Source: a candidate division WWE3 bacterium RAAC2_WWE3_1
GTDB lineage: Bacteria > Patescibacteriota > WWE3 > UBA101185 > UBA10185
NCBI GenBank assembly: GCA_000503835.1
Contig: CP006914.1
Span: forward strand, 303,341 to 367,340
Length of the DNA: 64,000 nucleotides
Direction: 5' to 3'
Numbering within the stretch: position 1 is the first letter of the stretch; the number at the start of each line of letters is the position of its first letter. The notes beneath the pieces are model-generated. The model saw only the letters and a list, made by a program, of their open reading frames with translations. It made no database searches and had not been told where the DNA came from. A program made the position numbers and the translations under genes. Shown here piece after piece: positions 17,621 through 26,810 of this stretch.

Positions 17621-18206
17621 AACTAACAGTTTTCAAAACTTCATTCGTCCAATAAGTTATCTTTTTTATTTCCTCTTCGTTTAGAATTTTCACAATCTGC
17701 TTCCAGTGAACCGCAACTGTGTCTCCAACTTCTATATCAGTAACAAACCCTTCAACAAAAGGAAACGTCTCTTTAATAAGAGTGCGTTTATACACACCTT
17801 TTACTTTTTTCAAAGAATTTAAACTTACCACCACCGTCTTTTTGTTTACTTTTTCAACTTTCCCCCAGCGGATCATGCAGTTGTTAATTGACTCCAGATT
17901 ATAAGGAACAGAGCCGCTTGCCCTTCCTACGCCGACGTGCAAAACCTGAAATAAGTGGGTGGGGATAAACTTTTTCGGCTTTTCGGTCTTAAGCTCGTCG
18001 ACGAACCATTCAGGAACACCCTGCTTTGTAAAAAAATTCAAGAGAACAGGATAATCTTTATTCTTGGCCTTTAACAGCGTATCGTTGCCCAGCCAGTAGC
18101 TCTCAACGACCCTATATGAAAATTTTTGCAATCCGGTGATTTTCGACAGCGTTCTCAAATACGGGTGCAAAACAATAAAATGCTTAAATTCTTCTTCGAC
18201 TCCCAC
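17619..18206 (-). CDS. Hypothetical protein (195 aa) adjacent to the hydrogenase genes
   Basis: ORF with no recognisable motif. Confidence 0.4.
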   Translation of the reverse strand: MGVEEEFKHFIVLHPYLRTLSKITGLQKFSYRVVESYWLGNDTLLKAKNKDYPVLLNFFTKQGVPEWFVDELKTEKPKKFIPTHLFQVLHVGVGRASGSVPYNLESINNCMIRWGKVEKVNKKTVVVSLNSLKKVKGVYKRTLIKETFPFVEGFVTDIEVGDTVAVHWKQIVKILNEEEIKKITYWTNEVLKTVS

Positions 18207-18363
18207 ACACTTTCCACTTATAACGCACGCCTTAAACTTCTCGGGCGCAGAATCCTTACCACAATAGCCTAATGAGTTCGGGGGAAGCGTAAATCTTGAG
18301 TTTAATTGAAGTGCCTTTTTGTCTATACAGGCATTTTAGAGCAAACCTGTTGTAAAATAAAGG

Positions 18364-18765
18364 TTGCCTATGAAAGTTTATGTATTCGGAAATAAAGATT
18401 TGGGGTTGGACAACAAAGCTTTTGCCGCGCAAAAAAAGTTGGGTACTATATTCCCTCAAATTGAATTCGTAGAGGTTAAGCTTAATGCGGACTTACCTTT
18501 CGAGCACGACGAACAGGTTTATATTATGGACACGGTCGAAGGAATTGAAGAGCCGGTTTTAATAGAGGATTTGGATAAACTTATTAACACAAATTCAGTT
18601 TCTGTACACGACTTTGACCTGGGGTTTCAACTGAAATATCTGAAGAAGCTGGGAAAGCTCGGTAATGTTACAATAATAGGACTGCCGATGGGAAAAAAGA
18701 CAGATTACTTGCGTATCCAGTCAATTTTCAAAAAGTTGGTAGCGCAGGACATGCAGGGATCGTAA
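18364..18765 (+). CDS. [NiFe]-hydrogenase maturation endopeptidase (HycI/HybD family)
   Basis: VYVFGNKDLGLD (compare VxGxGN..GDDG), IMDTV, H-D...L and IIGLPMG segments laid out as in HycI. The 3' end overlaps the convergent large-subunit gene by ~60 nt. Confidence 0.55.
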   Translation: MPMKVYVFGNKDLGLDNKAFAAQKKLGTIFPQIEFVEVKLNADLPFEHDEQVYIMDTVEGIEEPVLIEDLDKLINTNSVSVHDFDLGFQLKYLKKLGKLGNVTIIGLPMGKKTDYLRIQSIFKKLVAQDMQGS

Positions 18766-20006
18766 GCTCTGATTATTTTTTCAGCTTCAACCCTAAGAAC
18801 ATTTTCCGGCTTATCGAGGTTTGCACCAAAGTATTTTCTCAGGTCCTTTTCTATATTTATCTGGTTCTGTGAGGTAGGGACAATAACATCGTAATCCTCG
18901 ATCATACCTTTATCGTTTACCCTGGCCATGTGGTACAAAGTTCCTCTCGGAGCCTCTACGACTCCCACCCCCACACCTGCTTTTTTCGGCGTCTTGACGG
19001 GTTTTTCGTCGACTATCTTTATAGTTTTTAAAACGTCAAGGGCGTCGTCCACACATTGAAGAATTTCTATGGCCTGAGCCAAATTGTTGTGGTGAACGTT
19101 TTTGGACGGGAAAATGCTCAAGTATTGTTCGACATCAGCTTTTGTTCTCGGGTTAAGTAAGTCTTTATTAAAGTTCAATCTCGCCAATGCACCCACTAAA
19201 TAATTATCATGCTGGTCAGAAAAAACGTAACCCTCGGATTGGGAGTATGGTACGACAACGGATTTAAGAAAGTCGTGAAAATTACTTTCGGTAATTGCCT
19301 TACCGTCGGAATTTGTAATTTCACCTTCGATAAAATCAAAACTCTTGCCGTTTCTTAAACACAAAAAGTCGGCGTCACTAAACAACTCTTGTTTGTAATC
19401 AAAGAAAGTTTTAATTCCTCTCAGAACCTGGGGTCTTATTTTTTCCAATCTTTCTATTAGAGCCGGGAACTTTGCCGGATCCGGAGTTTTCAAAAATCCC
19501 CCGACGGTAGGGTAGGGAGCGTGAATAGCAGCCCCAATTATTACGTCGCTAATGTCGGTACCAAGCTTTTTGATATCAAACGAGTCGTGTAACAAAATAT
19601 GTCCGGAATCGTCATGGTCGTCGGGTATGTCCAGGATAGAATCAATTCCTAAAACATCGGGTAAAACAAAGAAATAAAGATGCAGAGCATGGTCGCGTAT
19701 CATAAGACCGTCGTAGGCGACCCTCCGTAACAAGCGTGTTTGTTCTGTCAAAACAATGTCCTGTGATTTTTCTATCGCCTCGAGAGACGCAAAAAGATGG
19801 GCGACCGAGCACGTTCCGCATATCCTCGATAAAAACGACGGTGACGCGACGTACGGCTTTCCGAGCACAGCCTCCGTATAAAACCTGCGGTAATCTTTGA
19901 TAATAAATTTAAGATTAGTTACTTTGTCATTTTCAACAGTAACTTCAACGCCGGCCGTCCCTTCTATTTTGGTAATATTTTCAATCGTTATGTTTCCGCT
20001 ATGCAT
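18705..20006 (-). CDS. [NiFe]-hydrogenase large subunit (group 3/4-like, 433 aa)
   Basis: N-terminal RICGTCSVAH (RxCGxCxxxH) and C-terminal DPCMSCATN (DPCxxCxx[H/R]) Ni-Fe ligand motifs. Confidence 0.8.
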   Translation of the reverse strand: MHSGNITIENITKIEGTAGVEVTVENDKVTNLKFIIKDYRRFYTEAVLGKPYVASPSFLSRICGTCSVAHLFASLEAIEKSQDIVLTEQTRLLRRVAYDGLMIRDHALHLYFFVLPDVLGIDSILDIPDDHDDSGHILLHDSFDIKKLGTDISDVIIGAAIHAPYPTVGGFLKTPDPAKFPALIERLEKIRPQVLRGIKTFFDYKQELFSDADFLCLRNGKSFDFIEGEITNSDGKAITESNFHDFLKSVVVPYSQSEGYVFSDQHDNYLVGALARLNFNKDLLNPRTKADVEQYLSIFPSKNVHHNNLAQAIEILQCVDDALDVLKTIKIVDEKPVKTPKKAGVGVGVVEAPRGTLYHMARVNDKGMIEDYDVIVPTSQNQINIEKDLRKYFGANLDKPENVLRVEAEKIIRAYDPCMSCATNFLKIDWIRK

Positions 20007-20523
20007 TTTCGATTATTTTAAATAATTTTAAGTACTTCCAGAGAGCGGTCTTGAAAGCTTCGGCGTTCATGGGACAGCCGTCAACTTTATCGTCAACCTT
20101 GATTACGTCCTCAAGTTTTTTAACTTTGGCTGCGTAATCAAAATGTTCCATGTACCATTTGGTTTTAAAACTCATATTTTCAGGGACAAACATGTTTCTG
20201 CTTGCCGAAGGAAGTCCGTTGCAGGCACACGCACCTATTGCCACCACATACTTTGAGTTGTTGCGGATTTTTGTAACTTCTGTGGCCTGTTTTTCTGAAG
20301 AAATTGCACCTTCGATAAAAGCTACGTCCAGATTTTCGATGGAATTGTTTGTTTTTAAGGCTTTTAAGTGCCTGAACTCAACAAGAGTTTTCCATTCGGC
20401 GAAGTGATCGTTCAAAAGCTCGGTAAACAAAATCGTGCTGTCTTCACTACAGGTAAAAGAAAACCAGCCTACAACAAGTTTCTTTATTTTGTCGGGTTGG
20501 GTAGAAACATAGGCAGTATCCAT
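19999..20523 (-). CDS. [NiFe]-hydrogenase small subunit (NuoB-like, proximal cluster only)
   Basis: 174 aa. Cys in TCSED, GACACNG and GCP motifs. 8-nt overlap with the large-subunit gene. Confidence 0.6.
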   Translation of the reverse strand: MDTAYVSTQPDKIKKLVVGWFSFTCSEDSTILFTELLNDHFAEWKTLVEFRHLKALKTNNSIENLDVAFIEGAISSEKQATEVTKIRNNSKYVVAIGACACNGLPSASRNMFVPENMSFKTKWYMEHFDYAAKVKKLEDVIKVDDKVDGCPMNAEAFKTALWKYLKLFKIIENA

Positions 20524-20544
20524 ATTATGTATAATAACAGATAG

Positions 20545-20745
20545 ATGTGTTTAGCAATACCGGGCATTGTAAAAGAAATACAAGGTGAAAAGCTGGTCAT
20601 CGAGTATCCTACCGAAACCAGGCAAGCTCTTGCCGGAGGTATGCCTCTAAAAGTAGGGGACTACGTGATGATACAAATGGGTATTGCCATAAAAATTGTT
20701 ACTAAAAAAGAGGCAGAGGTATCGTGGAAGGCGTGGAGGTCTTAA
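20545..20745 (+). CDS. hypC: Hydrogenase maturation factor HypC/HupF
   Basis: Canonical N-terminus MCLAIPGIV, 66 aa. Confidence 0.8.
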   Translation: MCLAIPGIVKEIQGEKLVIEYPTETRQALAGGMPLKVGDYVMIQMGIAIKIVTKKEAEVSWKAWRS

Positions 20746-20751
20746 TCCAAA

Positions 20752-21003
20752 ATGGATGAACTAGCCCGGCGGATAGAAAAAATAGAACAGAGGAACAAAT
20801 TAGTAGAAACCGACAAAGCTTGGGAAACAAGCAAAACAAGGCGGTTGTTAATTGCACTGTTTACGTATTTATCGATTTTTTTGTACTTTCTGGTCATTGG
20901 CGTTGATAAACCTTTTTTAAACGCAATTGTTCCTACGGTAGGCTTCCTACTTTCCACTATCTCATTACCTTTTGTAAGAAAGATTTGGGAAAAGTACAGG
21001 TAA
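20752..21003 (+). CDS. Small membrane protein (83 aa, 2 TM)
   Basis: ORF with hydrophobic helices. Follows hypC. Confidence 0.4.
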   Translation: MDELARRIEKIEQRNKLVETDKAWETSKTRRLLIALFTYLSIFLYFLVIGVDKPFLNAIVPTVGFLLSTISLPFVRKIWEKYR

Positions 21004-21073
21004 TCCGCAAACAATTAAGTTCAAATGTATCCCAAGAATGTTCTGACTTGCTATACTTAATCCAGTTTAAGCT

Positions 21074-23524
21074 ATGAAAAACTACCGATTCCTCACAGAA
21101 GAAAAAGGACTATCAAACGCAGAGGTAACTCAAAGACAAAAACAATACGGCCTTAACATACTTCCCGAAAAAGCTCCCCCGGGTAAGTTTTACCTGTTTT
21201 TAGCACAGCTTAAAAGCCCGTTGGTATACGTTTTGCTCGCGTCCTCACTGGTTACATTTGCGCTTGGTGAAATCGCGAACGCTTTTATAATTCTCCTCGC
21301 GGTCATTATTAATACGGTATTGGGATTTATACAGGAGTACAAAACATCGAACGCCCTGGCCGCTTTAAAAAAATTTATCTCCGACGAAACAACCGTAATC
21401 CGTGACGGAAACCGGGTACTAATCGATTCTTCTCAAATCGTACCTGGCGACATTATAGTTTTGAGCCAGGGAGATAAAATTCCGGCAGACGGAGAAATAC
21501 TATCCTCTAACCGGCTGCATGTTAATGAGTCTATATTAACGGGAGAGAGCGCCGCAGTTGAAAAAAGTAATGACGACGGGCTTTTTATGGGAACCACCGT
21601 AGTTTCAGGACAAGCCGCTATCCAGATAGAAGCCACAGGCACTGCAACGAAGATGGGAAAAATCGCCGAGAAAATACAGGAAGAAAAAGAGGTTACTCCA
21701 CTTCAAAAACAATTAAAATCATTCAGCACCCAGCTTTTGTACGTAATAGGACTTCTCGTCGTTGTCGTATTTGTTGTCGGACTTATACATAAATTCAGCC
21801 TCGTAGAAATATTTACAACTTCAGTGGCCTTAGCCGTTTCAAGTATTCCCGAAGGCCTTTTAGTTTCATTAACAGTTGTACTTGCTGTAGGAATGCAAAA
21901 GATTTTAAAACGAAAAGGCCTGGTAAGAAAATTGGCGGCGGCCGAAACTTTGGGCGGTGTCACGGTTATTTGTGTGGATAAAACAGGGACTTTAACCGAG
22001 GGACATATGGAAGTCGTTGATTTCATAGGAAACGAGAAAGAATTAGCAGTTCAGTCTTTACTGGCAAACGATTTAGACGACCCGATTGTGATATCGGCAT
22101 ACGAATGGGGAAAGAAAATAATGGGAGATCCCGCACCGGGTCTTCCGAGAATTGACAGCATACCATTCTCATCCGAGGACCGCTTTTCTCTTTGTCTGAA
22201 TAAATGGAACGCTGAAAAAAACATAATATTTGTGAACGGCGCCCCTGAAATACTCCTTCGATGGACAACCTTATCCGATAAAGAAAAAGAAGAAATAGTC
22301 TTGTCCATAGATAATTTTACAAAACAAGGAAAACGGGTAATAGGATTTGCCAGAAAAGAAGTACCTATAGAAAAGGTTGCTTTAGACGCTTCGGACGCAA
22401 TGAGTGACTTATCCTGGGCAGGCTTGCTGGTGTTTTCCGACCCCGTGAGAATGGGAGTTAAGGAAGCCCTGGAACAAGCCAGAATTGCCGGAATAAAAAT
22501 AATGGTTATAACGGGAGATTACGCAAATACATCTGAGTTTGTTCTATCGGAACTGGAAGTAGCGGTATCAAAAGACGAGATAATGACCGGGGACCGACTT
22601 GCTGTACTTTCAGCTGAAGAATTGTCACACCGGGTAAAAAATATAAGACTATTCGCAAGAACAACACCGGATCAAAAACTTTTAATAGTGGGGGCTCTCA
22701 AAAACAACGGAGAAATCGTGGCTATGATAGGGGACGGTGTTAACGACGCACCGGCTTTGCACAAATCAGATATCGGAGTTGTTGTCGGAGAGGCTTCAGA
22801 CGTTGCAAAAGAATCTGCTGATCTCGTCTTACTCGATTCTAATTTTTCAACTATTATTGCCGCGGTAGAAGAGGGCAGAGTTATGTTTGAAAACATAAGG
22901 AAAATTATCCTTTATCTGTTATGCGATGCCTTCGGTGAAATAATCGTAGTCCTCGGTGGAATAATGCTGGGCGTCCCTTTGCCTCTTACAGCCGTTCAGA
23001 TACTTTGGATCAATCTGGTTTCCGACGGATTCCCCAATCTTGCACTGACAGTAGACCCGAAAAGAAAAGACATTATGTATGAAGTTCCGCGTCCGGCTAA
23101 GGAACTCCTCGTCAATACTAAAATGGTTATATTGATTTCATTTGTGAGCCTACTCGTGGGTCTTATAGCACTTGGTTCCTTCGTATACATCTATAATTCG
23201 ACGGGTGACGTAGTTTTAGCAAGATCATTTACATTTATAACGATCGGTCTGAACTCCCTGATTTATGTCTTTGCCGTAAGAGAACCCAAAAAACCCTTTT
23301 GGAACAATCACATGTTCAACAATAAGTACTTGGTTGCTGCTGTGATTGGAGGATTAGCACTTCAATTCCTTCCCTTTTCTACGGGCGCATCAAGACAGTT
23401 TTTCGGGTTGAGTGAACTCGGAATAAAACACTGGGTGCTCGCCCTGAATTTCTCACTTATAATGTTCTTCGTTATCGAAGTATTTAAGAAGGTGACCAAC
23501 CGCGGGGGTTTCAGCCGGTTATAA
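21074..23524 (+). CDS. P-type ATPase, P2-type cation (Ca2+/Mg2+-like) transporter
   Basis: PEGLLVSL (TM4 PEGL), ICVDKTGTLT phosphorylation motif, GDGVNDAPAL hinge. Confidence 0.85.
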   Translation: MKNYRFLTEEKGLSNAEVTQRQKQYGLNILPEKAPPGKFYLFLAQLKSPLVYVLLASSLVTFALGEIANAFIILLAVIINTVLGFIQEYKTSNALAALKKFISDETTVIRDGNRVLIDSSQIVPGDIIVLSQGDKIPADGEILSSNRLHVNESILTGESAAVEKSNDDGLFMGTTVVSGQAAIQIEATGTATKMGKIAEKIQEEKEVTPLQKQLKSFSTQLLYVIGLLVVVVFVVGLIHKFSLVEIFTTSVALAVSSIPEGLLVSLTVVLAVGMQKILKRKGLVRKLAAAETLGGVTVICVDKTGTLTEGHMEVVDFIGNEKELAVQSLLANDLDDPIVISAYEWGKKIMGDPAPGLPRIDSIPFSSEDRFSLCLNKWNAEKNIIFVNGAPEILLRWTTLSDKEKEEIVLSIDNFTKQGKRVIGFARKEVPIEKVALDASDAMSDLSWAGLLVFSDPVRMGVKEALEQARIAGIKIMVITGDYANTSEFVLSELEVAVSKDEIMTGDRLAVLSAEELSHRVKNIRLFARTTPDQKLLIVGALKNNGEIVAMIGDGVNDAPALHKSDIGVVVGEASDVAKESADLVLLDSNFSTIIAAVEEGRVMFENIRKIILYLLCDAFGEIIVVLGGIMLGVPLPLTAVQILWINLVSDGFPNLALTVDPKRKDIMYEVPRPAKELLVNTKMVILISFVSLLVGLIALGSFVYIYNSTGDVVLARSFTFITIGLNSLIYVFAVREPKKPFWNNHMFNNKYLVAAVIGGLALQFLPFSTGASRQFFGLSELGIKHWVLALNFSLIMFFVIEVFKKVTNRGGFSRL

Positions 23525-23530
23525 AACACA

Positions 23531-24388
23531 ATGCTTACACCAATTCTTGCTACAATATCCTCCTTCGTAGATCAGCTTGGCTCGGCGGTAATTAAGAAAA
23601 CCGAAAATGATGTTTACTATCCCGCATCAATATGGGGAGCGGCACTTGTCTCAACGGCAAGCGGCTCGGTGATAATATTCGCCTATGTTCTGTTAAAAAG
23701 TAATTTATATCTGGACCCGGCTAAAATATGGTTGTTTTTTCCCAGAATAGGCCTTGAGATCTTTCAAATCTACGTAACATTTACAGCCCTAAAGATATCC
23801 GATTTAAGCAGTTACAATTTCCTGAGAGTGTTTTCAATAATATTCGTTATTATTTTCGAATTCCTTTTTCTGAATACATTACTGACTCCCCTAAAATACC
23901 TGGGAATATTGACCGTGTTCCTTTCAATTCTTATCGTTTTCCGACACGGGGTAAAAAATATTGCGGGGTGGGGGTTTTTGCTGGCATCTGCGGTTAACGG
24001 TGGTTTGCTGATGGCCTTGACTAAATATCAGTTCTCTTTCAACGATGCCTATTTAAATGAAGCGATAGTCCGTATATTTCTCATTGTGCTGCTTGCCGGT
24101 TTCGTTCTGTTTAATTTTAAAGGGACGCCCGTCAATCCTGCTCCCCCGTTCCTAAAACATAATAAAACTCTTTGGTTGCTTATTCCGATTAGAGCGGTGG
24201 TAGGAATTTTAAACCTGGTAGCTTTAAACTTGGGGGCTGCAGCCGTCTACACCACGGCCGACAGAGCAGGCTCTGTTTTATCCGGAGTGGCGCTGGGACA
24301 TTCGATGTTCAATGAAAAGTCTTTAGTGGAAAAATTGTTTATAGCCTCAGGGATTACCACCGGGCTGGTACTTCTTATTTTAGGCTAA
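23531..24388 (+). CDS. Polytopic membrane protein (DMT-like)
   Basis: ~9-10 hydrophobic helices. No catalytic motif. Confidence 0.4.
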   Translation: MLTPILATISSFVDQLGSAVIKKTENDVYYPASIWGAALVSTASGSVIIFAYVLLKSNLYLDPAKIWLFFPRIGLEIFQIYVTFTALKISDLSSYNFLRVFSIIFVIIFEFLFLNTLLTPLKYLGILTVFLSILIVFRHGVKNIAGWGFLLASAVNGGLLMALTKYQFSFNDAYLNEAIVRIFLIVLLAGFVLFNFKGTPVNPAPPFLKHNKTLWLLIPIRAVVGILNLVALNLGAAAVYTTADRAGSVLSGVALGHSMFNEKSLVEKLFIASGITTGLVLLILG

Positions 24389-24432
24389 AAAGACAACTTA
24401 AGCCGCATCACAATGCTTTTCCATCAACTGTT

Positions 24433-26661
24433 TCAGACCGATAAAAGCTCTTTCTCGGACCTTTTCAGCAGTACAGCATTTGTAGCAACAATTATAGAAG
24501 AAGCTGACATCAGCAGCGCAGAAAATTCCGGACGTAAAGTAATTCCATAGCTGGTATATAGAACACCTGCAGCGACAGGGATTGCCAATACATTGTATAC
24601 GCTGGCCCAGACCAGATTTTGCTTCATTTTTCTGACCGTAGCTTTGCTGAGTCTGATCGCATTTAATATATCCCACGGGTCCGACCTCATCAGAACGATG
24701 TCGGCGGTTTCAATAGCTACGTCTGTTCCGGCACCGATGGCAATACCTATGTCGGCCTGAGCTAAAGCGGGAGCATCGTTTACACCGTCGCCCACCATTG
24801 CCACAAACTTTCCTTCGCTTTGCAATTGTTTTACATATTTAGCTTTATCTTCGGGCAGTACCTCCGAAAAAACCCGGTCAATTCCGAGGTTTTTGCCGAT
24901 AGTTTCGGCAGTTTTTTTGTTATCCCCCGTTATCATGGCTACTTCCAGTCCCAAGTCTTTCATACTTTTTATAGCTCTCCCGGCTGTCGGTTTTACGGTA
25001 TCCGCTGCCGCGGCTATCCCCGCCACGTTACCGTCTATCGCGAGTATCATCAGTGTCTTACCTTCGTTCAAAAGTCTGTTTATATCCGCCTCAAGAGGAG
25101 AAATATCGACATTTCTGTCGCGCATTAACTTTATAGTCCCGACAAGTATACTTTTACCTTCCACTACAGCCTCTACGCCGTGACCGGAAATATTATTAAA
25201 GTTTCGGATATCTTCAGGAATAGCAATGCTTCTTTTTTTCACCTCTTCCAGTACGGCGAGGCTTAAAGGATGGCCTGATTTCGCTTCGGCGGCACTTGTC
25301 AGTCTCAGTACTTCGTTTTCCTCGTTGCCTTTATTGGCAACAACGTCCGTAATTACCGGTTTTCCTTCCGTGAGCGTACCTGTTTTATCCAGTACAACCA
25401 CCTGAATTTTCGAGGCTTGTTCCAGGGTAGTTGCGTTCTTGATAAGAATATTGTGCTTGGCTCCGATACCGGTTCCGACGGCGACTGCTGTCGGTGTCGC
25501 AAGCCCCAATGCATCGGGGCAGGCTATTACTATAGCGGACACGGCAAAGGTTAATGCAAAAAGCAGAGTCTGTCCTGCCGCAAAATACCAATAACCGAAG
25601 GTCACAACTCCTGCTCCTACAGCTAACAGCACTAAATATTGGGCGGCCTTGTCGGCTATTCTCTGACCGGGAGCCTTCGAATTTTGCGCGACCTCGACCA
25701 GTTTTACTATCTGAGCAAGAGCCGTGTCACTTCCTACTTTGGTGGCTTTAAATTGAAGGGAGCCCGATTGGTTGATTGAACCTCCTATTACGGTGTCACC
25801 GATCTTTTTTGACACCGGAATCGACTCTCCCGTGACGAGAGATTCGTCGATCGCTGTCTCGCCCTGTATAACTTCACCATCGACAGGCACCTTGTCCCCG
25901 GGTTTAAGGATAATTACGTCCCCGACGGTTACTTCTGCTGTCGGCACCAATATCTCTTTTCCGTCCCTTATGACCCTCGCCTGCGGGGGAACCAAATCAA
26001 ATAAAGCCCGTAATGCCTCCGAGGTGCCTCTTCGGGATTTCATTTCCATCCAGTGACCAAAAAGCACAAAAGTGACCAAAAGAGCCGCGGCTTCAAAGAA
26101 AGTCTCTCCGCCGACAAACAGGGTAATAACAACACTAAAGAGGTAAGCGGCAAAAACACCGGTGGCGATCAGAACCATCATGTTAAGGGTTTTGCTTTTT
26201 AAAGCTTGGTAGGCACCGATTGGAAAAATAGAACCAAACTTAAACACCACGGGGGTTGTTAAAAGAAATAATAACCAGTTGTGGGGTATAGGAGTCGGCA
26301 ATCTTATTCCTAAAAAGTCAGTAAAAACCGGGGAATAAAGGAAAATGGGAATAGAAAAAATCAGTGACCACAGGAAACGGTTACGCATGTCTTTTTCCAT
26401 AAAGGCCGCCATACTAGGATCGGTCATTGCTTTTTCGTGGTCTTCGTGGCTCATTTTGCTCATGTCGTGCCCGTTGTTGCCCGCGCCGCCCGTGTCATGC
26501 TTCCCATGGCTATTGTTCATGTCATGGCCGTTATGTTCCATACCGGCCATCCCGCGACCATCTTGTTTCTGCATGTTGCTGTGGTCGTGCCCTGCCCCCA
26601 AATGCTCCGCCTCCGAATGCTCTGTCCCTGAATGCTTCATTTTAGAATGATCCATGTTCAT
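24433..26661 (-). CDS. P1B-type heavy-metal ATPase with His/Met-rich N-terminal extension and atypical CPD transmembrane motif
   Basis: DKTGTLT, GDGVNDAPAL and a ~90-aa N-terminus rich in His/Met (HSEAEH, GHDMNNSHGKHD). The TM6 motif reads IACPDALG; codons TGC CCC GAT were verified on the DNA. Confidence 0.8.
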   Translation of the reverse strand: MNMDHSKMKHSGTEHSEAEHLGAGHDHSNMQKQDGRGMAGMEHNGHDMNNSHGKHDTGGAGNNGHDMSKMSHEDHEKAMTDPSMAAFMEKDMRNRFLWSLIFSIPIFLYSPVFTDFLGIRLPTPIPHNWLLFLLTTPVVFKFGSIFPIGAYQALKSKTLNMMVLIATGVFAAYLFSVVITLFVGGETFFEAAALLVTFVLFGHWMEMKSRRGTSEALRALFDLVPPQARVIRDGKEILVPTAEVTVGDVIILKPGDKVPVDGEVIQGETAIDESLVTGESIPVSKKIGDTVIGGSINQSGSLQFKATKVGSDTALAQIVKLVEVAQNSKAPGQRIADKAAQYLVLLAVGAGVVTFGYWYFAAGQTLLFALTFAVSAIVIACPDALGLATPTAVAVGTGIGAKHNILIKNATTLEQASKIQVVVLDKTGTLTEGKPVITDVVANKGNEENEVLRLTSAAEAKSGHPLSLAVLEEVKKRSIAIPEDIRNFNNISGHGVEAVVEGKSILVGTIKLMRDRNVDISPLEADINRLLNEGKTLMILAIDGNVAGIAAAADTVKPTAGRAIKSMKDLGLEVAMITGDNKKTAETIGKNLGIDRVFSEVLPEDKAKYVKQLQSEGKFVAMVGDGVNDAPALAQADIGIAIGAGTDVAIETADIVLMRSDPWDILNAIRLSKATVRKMKQNLVWASVYNVLAIPVAAGVLYTSYGITLRPEFSALLMSASSIIVATNAVLLKRSEKELLSV

Positions 26662-26688
26662 TTAGTCTCCTTATGATAGAAATAAACC

Positions 26689-26701
26689 TAATATTGTATA
26701 T
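26689..26701. promoter_or_regulatory. Inverted repeat TGTATATAATACA overlapping a TATAAT box in the divergent intergenic region of the metal genes
   Basis: 5-bp arms TGTAT/ATACA around a central ATA. Lies between divergently transcribed metal-resistance genes and is a candidate operator/-10. Confidence 0.3.
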
Positions 26702-26810
26702 AATACATTGATAGCAACAAATATGATACACTTAACGGTCGTGATCCGTGTATTATTTACTGCCTAACCCATCCGAAGATGTCACAGGCACTTTAAGTAT
26801 AAGGTAGATA

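Noticed and set aside
26345-26650. Several overlapping plus-strand ORFs (101, 72, 64 aa) rich in Cys/Arg/His
   Set aside because: They are antisense shadows of the His/Met-rich N-terminal codons (CAT/ATG repeats) of the minus-strand P1B ATPase.
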